DNA of 63,218 nucleotides, counting the filler, from Octopus bimaculoides (lineage: Eukaryota): assembly GCF_001194135.2 (NCBI RefSeq). It is 5 parts of 5 records of this genome, joined end to end, with 100 filler letters (N's around TTAATTAATTAA, not from the genome) between each part and the next. Parts side by side here need not be neighbours in the genome. Positions count along the whole stretch, not along the records: positions 1 to 24,048 come from NC_068997.1; 4 more parts are not named here. One strand, given 5' to 3'. The position numbers and the translations under genes were made by a program. The notes under the pieces were generated by a model. That model did not search any database. It had not been told where the DNA came from and saw only the letters and a program-made list of their open reading frames with translations. Shown here in pieces: positions 1-12,800 of the stretch; the first letter of the stretch is position 1, and each line of letters opens with the position of its first letter.

Positions 1-50
1 TATATATATATATATATATATGCAGACAGAGAGAAAGAGAGAGAGAGAGA

Positions 51-410
51 GGTGTAAGAATCTCGCTTCCCAACCAAATCCTTTCGGGTTTAGTTCAAGT
101 TTGTGGCACGTTGGGCAGGCGCCTTCTACTACAGGTTCTAGCGAACCGAAGTATTATGATTGGATTTCGTAGACGGAAACTGAAAGAAGCCCGTAGTATA
201 TATAAGTATATGTGTGTGTGTGTCTGTGTTTGTTCCCCCAACCCCGCTTGGCAGCCAATGTTGGTGTTTTTACGTCCTCGTGGCTAAACAGTTCGGAGCA
301 AGAGACTGTTAGAATATGTACCGGACTAAAATATGTACATGACTAAAATTCTTCATCGCAGTGCCCCAGCCAGGCCGTAGTCTAATGACTAAAACAAGTA
401 TGACATAAAA
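51..410 (+). mobile_element. tRNA-headed SINE, family A (central AT/GT microsatellite), diverged near-full copy
   Basis: Colinear with better copies at 38706 and 45008: gtagacggaaactgaaagaagcccgtag, a (TA/TG)n core, then gccccagc..ggccgtagtctaatgactaaaacaag tail. Confidence 0.75.
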
Positions 411-414
411 ATAT

Positions 415-694
415 CAACAGAAGCGCCCGTTCTTGAAATTAACGTGGAAGCGGGTGAGCACTTGGCAGACATGCGTACACTTTACGTAGTTCTCAGGGAG
501 ATTCATGGTGACACAGAATGTGACAAGGCAAGGACGGACCCTTTCAAAGTCATGTACAACTCATTTTTGCCAGCTGAGTGGACTGGAGCAAGGGGTAATA
601 AAGTGGTTTCACAATCTCAATGACGCAACACGTGGCCGAGAGTCGAACACTCAACCATACCGTCAGGAACCGAATACCTTAACCATTAAGCCAC
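415..694 (-). mobile_element. tRNA-headed SINE, mosaic of families E and B
   Basis: Minus strand starts gtggaggcgcgtggcttaatggttaagg (A box) ... gttcgactc (B box). The next block aligns to 47975-48070 and the 3' block (gccttgtcacattctgtgtcac..gagaactacg..cacgttaatttca) aligns to 19750-19865. Confidence 0.75.
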
Positions 695-799
695 GCGCCT
701 CCACATATCGACAAACAACACAGACAATCGATTCGGTCATTCGACCTGCTACACAGAGCAGTGGAATACTCTAAGAATTTTCTACACACCCATCTTTGT

Positions 800-1010
800 A
801 TCTTCTAGTCGTTGCCTTCATTGTACAGTGGCCATATTGGAGCACCGCACTCGAGGGTTTAACACTTATTTTTAAATCTGCTACTTAGTTTAACGATATA
901 CCTCTGCTGAACCGCTAGATCGCGAGGATTTGAAGTAACAAATACCGGTTGTCACGCAGGGGTGGTACACAAATACAACAAAAAGACACCGACACACAGA
1001 GACAAAACAC
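800..1010 (-). mobile_element. SINE family A, 3' half, diverged
   Basis: ggccatattggagcaccgc..gaaccgctag..ccggttgtca..gacacacagagacaaaac matches the reverse complement of the family A tail. Confidence 0.65.
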
Positions 1011-1094
1011 ACACACACAAATGTACATATATGCATATATGTAATTATACATACATATGAGCATGTGAACGTGTGTGTATATATACATACTATA

Positions 1095-1133
<39 letters not shown>

Positions 1134-1714
1134 GTGTGTGTGTGTGTGTGTGTGTGAGTGTGTGTGTGTGTGTATATGTATATAGNNNNNNNNNNNNNNN
1201 NNNNNNNNNNNNNNNNNNNNNNNNNNNNNNNNNNNNNNNNNNNNNNNNNNNNNNNNNNNNNNNNNNNNNNNNNNNNNNNNNNNNNNNNNNNNNNNNNNNN
1301 NNNNNNNNNNNNNNNNNNNNNNNNNNNNNNNNNNNNNNNNNNNNNNNNNNNNNNNNNNNNNNNNNNNNNNNNNNNNNNNNNNNNNNNNNNNNNNNNNNNN
1401 NNNNNNNNNNNNNNNNNNNNNNNNNNNNNNNNNNNNNNNNNNNNNNNNNNNNNNNNNNNNNNNNNNNNNNNNNNNNNNNNNNNNNNNNNNNNNNNNNNNN
1501 NNNNNNNNNNNNNNNNNNNNNNNNNNNNNNNNNNNNNNNNNNNNNNNNNNNNNNNNNNNNNNNNNNNNNNNNNNNNNNNNNNNNNNNNNNNNNNNNNNNN
1601 NNNNNNNNNNNNNNNNNNNNNNNNNNNNNNNNNNNNNNNNNNNNNNNNNNGTGTGTGGGTCTGTATGTGCGTATGTATATATATGTATGTGCGTATATGC
1701 ATATATATATGTAC

Positions 1715-1752
<38 letters not shown>

Positions 1753-1810
1753 GTGTGTGTGTGTGTGTGTGTGTGAGTGTGTGTGTGTGTGTATATGTAT
1801 ATAGGTATGT
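1011..1810. repeat. (AT)n/(GT)n compound microsatellite spanning an N gap (1186-1650)
   Basis: Direct reading. Confidence 0.9.
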
Positions 1811-2015
1811 ATGTGTGTTTGTGTTTGTCCACCACCACCGCTTGACGACCGGTGTTAGCATGTTTAATTCCGCGTAACTTAGCCGTTCTGCAAAAGAGAT
1901 CGATAGTATAAGTACTAGGCTTAAAAACAATTCCATAGGGTCGATTTGTTCGAATAAAAACCCCTCAAGCGGTGCTCCAGCATGACCGCACTTAAATGAC
2001 TGAAATATGTAAAAA
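1811..2015 (+). mobile_element. SINE family A, 3' half
   Basis: gtgtttgtcc..cgcttgac..cgtaacttagc..caaaagagatcgatagtataagtactaggct..gcggtgctccagcatgaccgca..aaatgactgaaa. Confidence 0.75.
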
Positions 2016-2028
2016 AAAAACAATTAGA

Positions 2029-2029
<1 letters not shown>

Positions 2030-2071
<42 letters not shown>

Positions 2072-2097
2072 TGCATGTTAGTGAATATATATATAAC

Positions 2098-2170
<73 letters not shown>
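2030..2170. repeat. (AT)n microsatellite
   Basis: Direct reading. Confidence 0.95.
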
Positions 2171-2172
<2 letters not shown>

Positions 2173-2320
2173 ATAGGCTCACCGTCTTATAAAATAAAAT
2201 AAATGGACGACATATAGAAAAGATTTTTCATTATTTACTGCGTCACAGTAATTCTACTGCAGAATTACTTTAAGAGTACACGTGTCTACGGTAGGTATAC
2301 TCAACCACTTAAGACATTAC

Positions 2321-2469
2321 TTTTTACAGGAATTGATTGAACGACTGAACTGAATGAAAAGTACATCGTCGAAGAAGGTTGAGAAATCGTCGTCTGAAGG
2401 GACGGAACGGTCATAACAAAACGTAAATCCCTTTGATAATGGGTCCACATGACCAGCTGTGACATGGCG
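2321..2469 (-). CDS. Possible isolated 149-nt exon of an unknown gene (RHVTAGHVDPLSKGFTFCYDRSVPSDDDFSTFFDDVLFIQFSRSINSCK)
   Basis: Unique sequence between repeats. Acceptor gttgttctttag, donor aa|gtaatg, two open frames. No recognisable homology and no partner exons identified. Confidence 0.2.
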
Positions 2470-3364
2470 CTAAAGAACAACAGCAACAACAACAATAACA
2501 ACACCTACAACAACAACAACAGCAACAACAACCAACTACTACAATAACAACATAAACAACACCAATACAATCACACCCTCGCCATTACCACGATTACCAA
2601 CGCCTCCAAAAACCCATTACGCAGTTTCTTTGTCTCCAAGAGTTGGCCATTTTCCTCATCAACGTATATTGTTTTATTGGCGATGTCTTCCACCCTATTT
2701 TTGCCATCTCTTCCGCCACCCTGCTCCCAATTCTTCCGTCTCATACATTCCATTCGCTCCCCGCTCATTCTTTCTCTATGCTTCCAACTACCCATACATA
2801 CATATCCATATATCCATATACGTATCTATGTGAGTGTGTGTATGTGTGTATACATACATATATATGTATAGATATACATACATATATATGTGTCTCTATG
2901 TGTATGTGTGTGTCGTGTGTTGTGTGTATGTATGTATGTGTGTGATTTTCTCCATACTTTTCTTATCTTTTTTCCCCCGTTACCCTGTGTTACCATGTCA
3001 AATAGCCACGCTCCACTATTCCTGATTTCCCTTCTCCCAGCCATCACCCTATCTCTCTCATCTCACTTTGCCTCTCACTCGCTCACTCACTCACTCACTC
3101 ACTCACTCAATCTCTCTTTCTGTGACTGCCTGTGTTTGTCTCTATCTCACTTTGTCATACAAATATACTTCCCCCTCTCCCCGCTATATTTTCTCTCCTT
3201 TTCTATGCATCTCTTTCGATACTACAGCCACATTTACTCCCCTCCTCCCGCTTCCTTCGCTCTCACACTCAATGTCCTATTGCTTCACTCACCTTATATT
3301 TTTATTCCTCATTCTCTTCTCTGTGTCCATGTCATATAGACTATACTCAACACGAGCTAATTAA

Positions 3365-3570
3365 CGAGCCACTAGGTGGTCACCCAATCTGCTTCAGATA
3401 GGCACCTAATCTTCCTCAAATCTCACTTCAGCGCCATATGCATTAGATAGTTCTGGATACACTGCATGCGGAAAAAACCCCCCAAAAAACAGGCATGACG
3501 GTCTCGGCTATAATCCCTTTAACTAAAGCGCTGCTCATTCACCATGACCAGGGTTTAAACAACATCAACT
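3365..3570 (+). mobile_element. Dispersed repeat family D (SINE-like, ends ..ggtttaaacaacatcaac)
   Basis: cctcaaatc..tagttctggatacact..ctgctc..gacca.gg..aaacaac. Related pieces at about 10420, 18700, 19240, 27830 and 36880. Confidence 0.45.
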
Positions 3571-3594
3571 ACACTCAGCTCTCTCTCGCTCTCC

Positions 3595-3632
<38 letters not shown>

Positions 3633-4267
3633 NNNNNNNNNNNNNNNNNNNNNNNNNNNNNNNNNNNNNNNNNNNNNNNNNNNNNNNNNNNNNNNNNNNN
3701 NNNNNNNNNNNNNNNNNNNNNNNNNNNNNNNNNNNNNNNNNNNNNNNNNNNNNNNNNNNNNNNNNNNNNNNNNNNNNNNNNNNNNNNNNNNNNNNNNNNN
3801 NNNNNNNNNNNNNNNNNNNNNNNNNNNNNNNNNNNNNNNNNNNNNNNNNNNNNNNNNNNNNNNNNNNNNNNNNNNNNNNNNNNNNNNNNNNNNNNNNNNN
3901 NNNNNNNNNNNNNNNNNNNNNNNNNNNNNNNNNNNNNNNNNNNNNNNNNNNNNNNNNNNNNNNNNNNNNNNNNNNNNNNNNNNNNNNNNNNNNNNNNNNN
4001 NNNNNNNNNNNNNNNNNNNNNNNNNNNNNNNNNNNNNNNNNNNNNNNNNNNNNNNNNNNNNNNNNNNNNNNNNNNNNNNNNNNNNNNNNNNNNNNNNNNN
4101 NNNNNNNNNNNNNNNNNNNNNNNNNNNNNNNNNNNNNNNNNNNNNNNNNNNNNNNNNNNNNNNNNNNNNNNNNNNNNNNNNNNNNNNNNNNNNNNNNNNN
4201 NNNNNNNNNNNNNNNNNNNNNNNNNNNNNNNNNNNNNNNNNNNNNNNNNTCTATATCTATATATATG

Positions 4268-4322
<55 letters not shown>

Positions 4323-5002
4323 GTGTGTGAGTGTCTGCGTGTATATTTATCTATATATCAATAAAATACATACATATTTACACACGCACACACTGTCACG
4401 CACGCACACACACACACACACATACACACACACACACCTACTGTACACCTAACATCCTAGCAGATACACTAATTACCGTCTCTCTCTCTCTCTCTCTCTC
4501 TCTCACTATTTTATTTCGTCTTTGTCTTCGCTACTCTTTCTATCAATAACGCACTGGTCTTCTCACCCCGCCATTTTTACACCTCGCGCTACCCATCACA
4601 CAGCTCTCTCTATTTTCCTTCTAATTTTTATGTAAAAACACTCTCTCCCTCACAACACTCATCTCATGCCCCTTTTCTTTCTCTCTCTTCATCTCTTCCC
4701 TACACTTTTTTTAAATATTAACAACCCACTTGGCTCTCCACCCCTTCACTACCATCCCATCGCACATTCCCCACCCTTCCTCCACTCCCCCCTTCTCTTT
4801 CTCTTAACTATCGATGTTACCGCCATATTGTCATCGTTCTGTTGTTGTGTGGCAAGCAGACAATGTTGTCACAGAGACAATGCTGTGAACAAAAACAAAC
4901 AAAGGGTCACACCGAAAATGAAATAAATAAAAGAAAGAAATAAAGAAATAAAAAAAAACCTTCTGAAAGTGAAAGTGAAAGTTGAAGATAATATTAGGGC
5001 TG

Positions 5003-5056
<54 letters not shown>

Positions 5057-5233
5057 ATGTTAACGTAGGAGGGGTTGTATTAGTATTAATGATTACGTAG
5101 CGGTGTTGATGATAGCAGTACATTAATGAATAGGGCTTGGTGGTGGTAGTAATATTAATGATAACGCAGTAGTAGTAGCAGTAGTAGTAGCAGCAGCAGT
5201 AATAATAGTAGTAGTAGTGCTAGTAGTAGTGGC

Positions 5234-5277
<44 letters not shown>

Positions 5278-5279
5278 TG

Positions 5280-5328
<49 letters not shown>

Positions 5329-5335
5329 TAGTAAT
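5003..5335. repeat. (TAG)n compound trinucleotide arrays
   Basis: Direct reading. Confidence 0.9.
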
Positions 5336-5385
5336 GATTAGGTGTGTTGGAGATAGTAATACAAAAAAATCATTTAGCATTCGCA

Positions 5386-5560
5386 GCCATGGCTCTGTGC
5401 TTAAGAAGCTCATTTGGTAATTTGGTAACTGCGTAGTTCCGGGTTCAGTCCCACTGCGTGGCACATTGGGCAAGTGCCTTGTAAAGTAGACGCGGACCAA
5501 GCAACGCCTTCTAAATTTGGGAGGCGGAAACTGTACGAAAGTCCTTCGTGTGTATGTATT
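5386..5560 (+). mobile_element. SINE family A-related 5' half (tRNA head)
   Basis: gtagttccgggttcagtcccactgcgtggcacattgggcaagtg is nearly identical to the heads at 38706 and 45008. It ends in a (GTAT)n block. Confidence 0.7.
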
Positions 5561-5840
5561 CATGTATGTATTTATATATGTATGTATTCATATATGTATG
5601 TATGTATGTATGTGCTTACGTATGTATGTACGTGCGTACGTTGGTATGAATGTATGAATGTACTACGTATGTATGTGCATATGTACGTATGTCTGTGTGT
5701 ATGCATGCATGTATGTATATATGTAAGTACGTATGGATAAATGTACGTGCGTATGTATATATGTATATATGTAAGTATGCATGTATGCTTGTATGTGTTT
5801 GCGTGTATGTATGAATACCTGTGTGTGTCTGTAATTATAT

Positions 5841-6044
5841 TCTTTTATTTGTTTCAGTCATTTGAATGTGGTCATGCTGGAGCACCACCTTTTAGTCGAG
5901 CAAATCGACCCCAGGACTTCTTCTTTGTAAGCCTAGTACTTATTCTATCGGATACTTTGCCGAAGCGCTAAGTTATGGTGACGTAAACACACCTACATCG
6001 GTTGTCAACCGATTGTTGGGGGGGGGGGACACTCACACACACAC

Positions 6045-6101
<57 letters not shown>

Positions 6102-6183
6102 CGACGGGCTTCTTTCAGCTCCCGTCTACCAAATCCACTCAGAAGGCTTTGGTCGGCCCGAGGCTATAGTAGAAGACACATGT
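5841..6183 (-). mobile_element. SINE family A lacking the tRNA head
   Basis: Tail, central (CA)/(TA) repeat and cgacgggcttctttcag..ggctatagtagaagacac are colinear with the 10620-11073 copy. Confidence 0.85.
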
Positions 6184-7510
6184 CCTCGAGCGGATCTAAC
6201 CCCAGAGTCTGAAATTGGTTAGCTAGAAATTGTGTGGTATCCCGTCACATGGCTTTTGCCCATATTTTGTAGGTTTCACCTCATCATACAATGTGCGTCC
6301 TGATTATACCCCAGATTTAATTCAGGGGTACACTTGGGTGTATGCATCGGCACTTCAACCAACACACCAACTCAACCACATATTTAGAAATACCGAGAAC
6401 GCTGTTAACTCGAAACGTTTCATTGTTTTGTTATCAACCGGCTTGAACTTTCCCAAGAAGAACTTAAATTAAACTTGAAGGAAAAAAAAAAACATACATA
6501 CATACATTCATACATGCAGACGTACATATATGTGTGTATGGATATATCGATTAGTAGATATATAGACATACATAAATAGACTCGTACATAGATATTGTGA
6601 GGAAAAGATTAACAAAACAGAGTGAATGATAAGGACGGACAGACTAAGAAGCGTTGAAACTCTGGGAAAAAATAGGTGATAGATCACGAAAAACGGTTCC
6701 TAACTCCACATGAATAAATGTATCAGAAGACCGAAAAAAGTGTAAAAAAAAAAAAACTCACAAAAATAAAAATAAAACAAGAAAACCTCGAAGAATAGAA
6801 AACAATATATAAAAGAAATAACGAACGCCACAAATATTGTCTGCACAAAACACGAAACCAAGAATTGTTACATTTATCTATTGTATTTAGCAAATGGAGA
6901 GAATTGGTGAGAAAAATATTCTGGAAATTTAGAAATTATAGAAGAAAATCAACGGATATTAGTTAGACACACGTGATAGAGTCATACGTCTTCATTAATA
7001 TATTGGACATTAGTAAAATGGTAGATGTGCGGTGTGTGTATAAGTCTATGTGTGTGCTTGTGTTTAAGTGTATGCGTGCACGTATGTGTGTATGTGTGTG
7101 CGTGCGTGTGTGTGTGGGTGTGAATGTGTATGTGTGTGTTAGTGTTGGGAACAAATCTCGTGACGGGCCTTAAGTTGTGTCTTATACGTTAGATAATTTT
7201 TTTTCATCGCCCAGTCACCTTGGACTTAATTGTTGCACGTTTCTTTTGGCGACACCTTCCTTGCTTGTGTCTCTAATATACGTACGTACCTACGCACTTT
7301 TGAACGAATGTATGCATATACGAAAGTAGGCATATGTGTATGTGTATGTATATCACTTGTGTGAGGGGTTGCCAAGAGACGTGCGACAATTAAGCTGAAG
7401 AAAGTTTGTTATTGCGTGGGTTTATACACGAAAACCAAAAACACACTAAGACCAGCACGGGCAGATGCACACACACATACACGTTTCATTAATATTTAAC
7501 ACAGCACACA

Positions 7511-7577
<67 letters not shown>

Positions 7578-7763
7578 GTTTGTGTATGTGTGTATATATT
7601 GGAGATGTCTTGCTTCTGGATGTATAACCCTACTGAACTATTATAAAAACTAACTTTTAATTGGCTTCTGAATGACCAAGAGTTTTAATTCAATTTGTCT
7701 ATGAACCTACATGGTCTATTTTCTCGTATCTGAATTTCTATAGCAGCTCCCCTATATTCAAGT

Positions 7764-7945
7764 TTCTGGAAGAATCATTAGCACGCCGGACAAAATGCTT
7801 AGCAGTATTTCGTCCGCCTTTACTTTCTCAGTTCTCTGAAGTTGACTCTTGACTTTTATCCTTTCCTGGTCGATGAAATAAGTACCAGTGGTGCACTAGA
7901 GTCAAGCTAATCGGCTATCTCCCTCTCCTCACCTCAAAATGTTAT
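7764..7945 (+). mobile_element. SINE family C, diverged
   Basis: agaatcattagcacgccggacaaaatgcttagcagtatttcgtc..gtcgatgaaataagtaccagt aligns to the 30001 copy. Confidence 0.65.
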
Positions 7946-8516
7946 CCTTAACCGATTAAAGAGATTAATTTTTAAACAGATTAACGATTGAAGAGGTTAA
8001 TGATCACACAATTTTTCGCCTAATGCTCACATGTCGGATTGCGCACAGAATCGTCTTCCCAGCGGATACTAGAAATTTCTGACTCTCGAGACTTGCATTT
8101 CTTTCCAGGAACAGACGCCTCGAAAACATTATCCAATGAAATCAAAGAAACTTAAAGGTATTTCAAAATTCCAAATATACAATTATTGTATCTACGAATA
8201 GAACAGTCTGGGAATACATTTTATGGAAGCATGATGAACACCTAAACTGCATAGCACTCTTTCCTACGAATATAAGCAAGTTCGCGAATCTGCATGCTTG
8301 AGTGTAATTCGTGTGTGTTTATTCTTGAGGGTTTGTGTATGCGAATATCTAAAGAGACATAGAAACTCACACATATACATTGCTGCAAATATGTAAATAT
8401 CATTCGATATATCTATTCTATATCTATATATATATATCTATCTACACACAAACATACACGTTTCCAAACGCATATATATATATATATATATATATGTGTG
8501 TATGTGTGTGTGTGTG

Positions 8517-8585
<69 letters not shown>

Positions 8586-9040
8586 CATTATTTCTGAGTT
8601 AATTTTTTTTCCCTCGTGTGATCTTTGCAATTTTTCTTTTGCATCGAAGGTTTAGATTTCCAAAAAGATGGCAATATCGTGACTAAATTCCTGCTATTTT
8701 CTGTTACCTAATTTGTTTTGTGTGTGTATATTGTATATTCATTCTTTTTGCCAGTACAATGATGGATGCATGCCTTATTGCTCTCTCTGTTTCTCCTTCT
8801 ATCTCTTCCCCATCTCTGCCTTTCTCTCTTTCCATGAACATATACATACATATAACTATATATGCATATGTATAGATATGCATATAATGATATACAATAA
8901 AATTGGTAGATAGATACATACCTATATACATACCATATATCATATCAACGTATATACATGCATACTTAGGTACGTAATATACATACGTAAGCGCACATAT
9001 ATGGATGAAGATATACATATATAACGAATATATGTACATG

Positions 9041-9086
<46 letters not shown>

Positions 9087-10619
9087 CACACACATAAGCA
9101 GAGATGCACACATTCGCGCACGCTCGCACACATACGCGCACGCTCGCACACATAAATTATCTCTCTGAATTATCTGTAATAGAAGGAACAAACCTAGTAA
9201 TTACGGGTTAGTAAAAAAAAGAATGCGATGTTTGGTTTCCCTCTCTCTTTCTCGTTATCTTTTTCTTTCTCTCTCTCTCTTTTGCTTTCTCGGTATTTTC
9301 CCTTTATGATTCTTGATCGTTTTTCATTTACTAATTCGTTCATTCGTTCATTTACTCCACCATACATTTAAGCATAATACAAAGATACCATCGTGGTATC
9401 TATTGTCTCAAATTACAAGCTTACCCTTCTTCCTCGGTTACCATAGTACAGTTATTTTCCTTGTCTCTCACGTCTTTTTTTTTGGCATTCACTCGTCTCT
9501 TTCCTCATTATCTCTCAATCATTCTGATTCCACTTGTTATTTTTAAACGAAAGATATTCACCAAAGTCCAATGTATTCAATCTGCGACGTTTTCAATGTG
9601 TCCTTCATTCTCAAGGCATTAATGCTTGCAATTGATGGGGAATTCTGTTGCTATTTCTTACTTGCGAGCGGCCGTTACGAGTCTGTTTCTGATTCTATCT
9701 ATGATGTTGTATCCTGGCTCATCCTTAATCACACAAATCTATTCATCACAAACTTATTATTAATACAACCACGACCATCTCTTCTGTATGTACACCAGGG
9801 ATTACACTGTGCGATGAATTCTTAGTTTGTAATACGTATCACTTAAATACGATTTTGAAGCAGTTTCTATCAAATGAAGCAACTGATTTGAAGTCTCACT
9901 CGTCGACTCGCTAAAAACGTTTCGCACGCACATGTTTTGCTGGTATATAAACGAATACTGGAGACCGAAGACTGTTTTTGTTCCTTGTGTACAGGACCCT
10001 CTACCTAAAACTTTATTACATCGATAACATCCGGTATTAAGAAGTTTGATTTTGCATGAAACAAACAGAAGTAAAGAGAAAAAATATATCAGTGTTTTAT
10101 GAAGAAGAGTAGTTCCTTAATATTTCAGTCAAATGTTTTTTTTTATCCCTGCTAGGATGTTCATCTCCAGAGGCGTCTTGATTAATCAGAAATAACGTCA
10201 AAAGTCTTTGAGCGTTGCGTTTCTCTCGCACCATTTTCCTACTGACGCTCAAGCTCTTGTTTAGACCAAATAGAACAAAGTCATAATCAAAAACAGTTCA
10301 TTCATGACCACCCCTACATTTTCCTCGAATATAAGTAACATTATAAGTATACTACATTATAAATATATAAGTATACTATATTATGTAGTATTAAGCTACA
10401 TAATGTCCATTACTCATACTAAAACGGCAGGATTAATTGGAGATATATTTAGCTGCTACTTTTAGCAAATTTGAGCGACTGTGTAGTGGCTCCTTCGTTG
10501 GTTCCTAAATCCCGAGAATAATTATCGTGAATACATCGAAGCAAGACAGGATATCTGTCTAAGTTAACCAATATACCTCGGAAATAATGTGAAAACAAAA
10601 TATATCATTGTTTATATCT

Positions 10620-10825
10620 CTTTTTTTTTTTTACTTGCTTCAGTCCTTTGACTGCGGCCATGCTGAAGCACCGCCTTTAGTCGAGCACATCGACCCCAGG
10701 ACTTATTCTTTGTAAGCCTAGTACTTATTCTATCGGTCTCTTTTGCCGAACCGCTAAGTTGCGGGGACGTAAACACACCAGCATCGGTTGTCGAGCGATA
10801 CTGGGGGACAAACACAGACACGCAA

Positions 10826-10856
<31 letters not shown>

Positions 10857-11073
10857 CACACACACATGCACACACACACACATATATATATATACATACA
10901 TATATATATACGACGGGCTTCTTTCAGTTTCCGTCTACCAAATTCACTCACAAGGCCTTGTTCGGCCCGAGACTATAGTAGAAGACACTTGCCCAAGGCG
11001 CCACGCAGTGGGACTGAACACGGGACCATGTGGCTGGTAAGCAAGCTACTTACCGCACAGCCATTCCTGCGCC
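10620..11073 (-). mobile_element. SINE family A, full length
   Basis: A-box-like tggctgtgcgg, B-box-like gttcagtccc, central (CA)/(TA) microsatellite and complete tail. Confidence 0.9.
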
Positions 11074-11284
11074 CATGTATAGGCTTTTTGCTGTTTTATT
11101 TCGTACTGCTTTATTGGGGCACAACGACCAAGGGTTTTAATCGACAAGATCAGAACTAGTATTGACATCAGCCTGGCCTGCGTCTCCGTCTGCGTCTGCT
11201 TTTAAGGATCTGCTTGATCGGTAATGGTCTGGAGTAAGACAACAACAGCAAGAACAGGAACAGCAAATCGACAACAAATTCAGT

Positions 11285-11420
11285 GTACATTACTTACATT
11301 ATTTACATTATTTACATCATGTTTGTTGTTAACACAACGTTTCGGCTGGTATACCCTCCAGCCTTCATCAAGATGAGGACAAATATCCGTCAAATGTAAA
11401 TAATGTAAATAATGTACATA
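11285..11420 (-). mobile_element. Penelope-like terminal remnant with a broken minimal hammerhead ribozyme motif between inverted repeats
   Basis: Minus strand TTGATGA-A-GGCTGG-agggtata-CCAGCC-GAAAC-GTT at 11371-11336. The 24-nt arms 11294-11317 and 11394-11417 are 23/24 complementary. Confidence 0.6.
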
Positions 11421-12722
11421 ATTCTTCATCTCTTAAATATAGAACTGAAATTCATTGTACTTAAGGAGACAGAATGAAAAACAAATAGGTGCAGATATGG
11501 TCGTCTCGTTAAGGAATTAACATGGTTTGGCGTTCAGTCTCGAAGAATGCCAATTTGGACAAGTGTAACCCTGGGCCGACCGGTGCATTTTGAGTGGATT
11601 TGGTAATATAGAAAATGTACGAAAGCGCATTGAAAATGTATGTGTGCTTTAAGTATATGCATACATGTGTATAAGAGTTGATAAGTATGACTCTCACTGC
11701 ATGACAGCCGATGTTGGTTTGTTTTCGACCATCATTTTGCTACAGTACCGGCAGAAGGAAATTTTAGAGTCAGTACAAGGCTCAAAAAATGTACTGTAGT
11801 CGATTTGATTGACTGAAATATTCATGTTGGTGCTCCGACATGGCCGCATCTCCTTGACTGATATAAACAAAGGCCCAAAATATAGTAAAAACGATCGGTG
11901 GGTCGGTGGGTTATTTAGATTTCTAAATGGAATTAAGCATAAACACAGAAACCTGAAACCGACGGCTGAACAACAGAAGACTTTGTGAGAACTTGCGAAA
12001 ATTATGACAATCCGACAAAAAGAAAAAAAAAAAGAAGAAAAATACAGGCAAACAAACAATAAAAAAATTCAAAAACAAAATAAAAGGTAAACTACGAAAT
12101 ATAAATGGTCTCGATTTCCAAATTATTTCTCTTTACGCATCTAGAAATCTTTGAAAAATTCTTTAACCAAAATATCTCATTGTCCTAGACTCATTCATTT
12201 TTTATAAGGAAGACCATCGAGGCAATAAATCATTTATTGTTCATTAAGCCCGTCAACTTCACTGTTTGCGCTCCTTTCTTTCATACTAGTTAACCTTTCT
12301 AAGCATCAAATATGTATTTGAGTAATTACGAAACCAGGAGTCACTTTCTTCCTCATCCTATACCCACTCTTTCTCTCTCTCTCTCTCTCTCTCCCTCTCT
12401 CTCTGTGTTCTTGATTTTTCCATCGTCATCACTCTCTCCTTTATTCCTGTTTACCCAGCATCACCTTCGCCATATCAAATTAGGTATGACCATGTACTGA
12501 TCGATGTTGCTCATCACTATGGCGTGCGAATGTAACATGATATCTTAAAGATAGCGTATCTGTTAGTGACATTGGTTTTTGTATATGGTCACTAATTTCT
12601 GTAACGTATATACGCATATACATGCACATAAGCACCTACGCACATATATGCACACATATATACACCATACACATTTTTATGCATAAAAATGTTTCATTCA
12701 AATAAGATATGGTTTATTTATA

Positions 12723-12747
12723 CCACCACACTACCACCACCACCACC

Positions 12748-12779
<32 letters not shown>

Positions 12780-12800
12780 CAACAGCAACAATAACAAAAA
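12723..12800. repeat. (CAC)n-(CAA)n array
   Basis: Direct reading. Confidence 0.9.
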
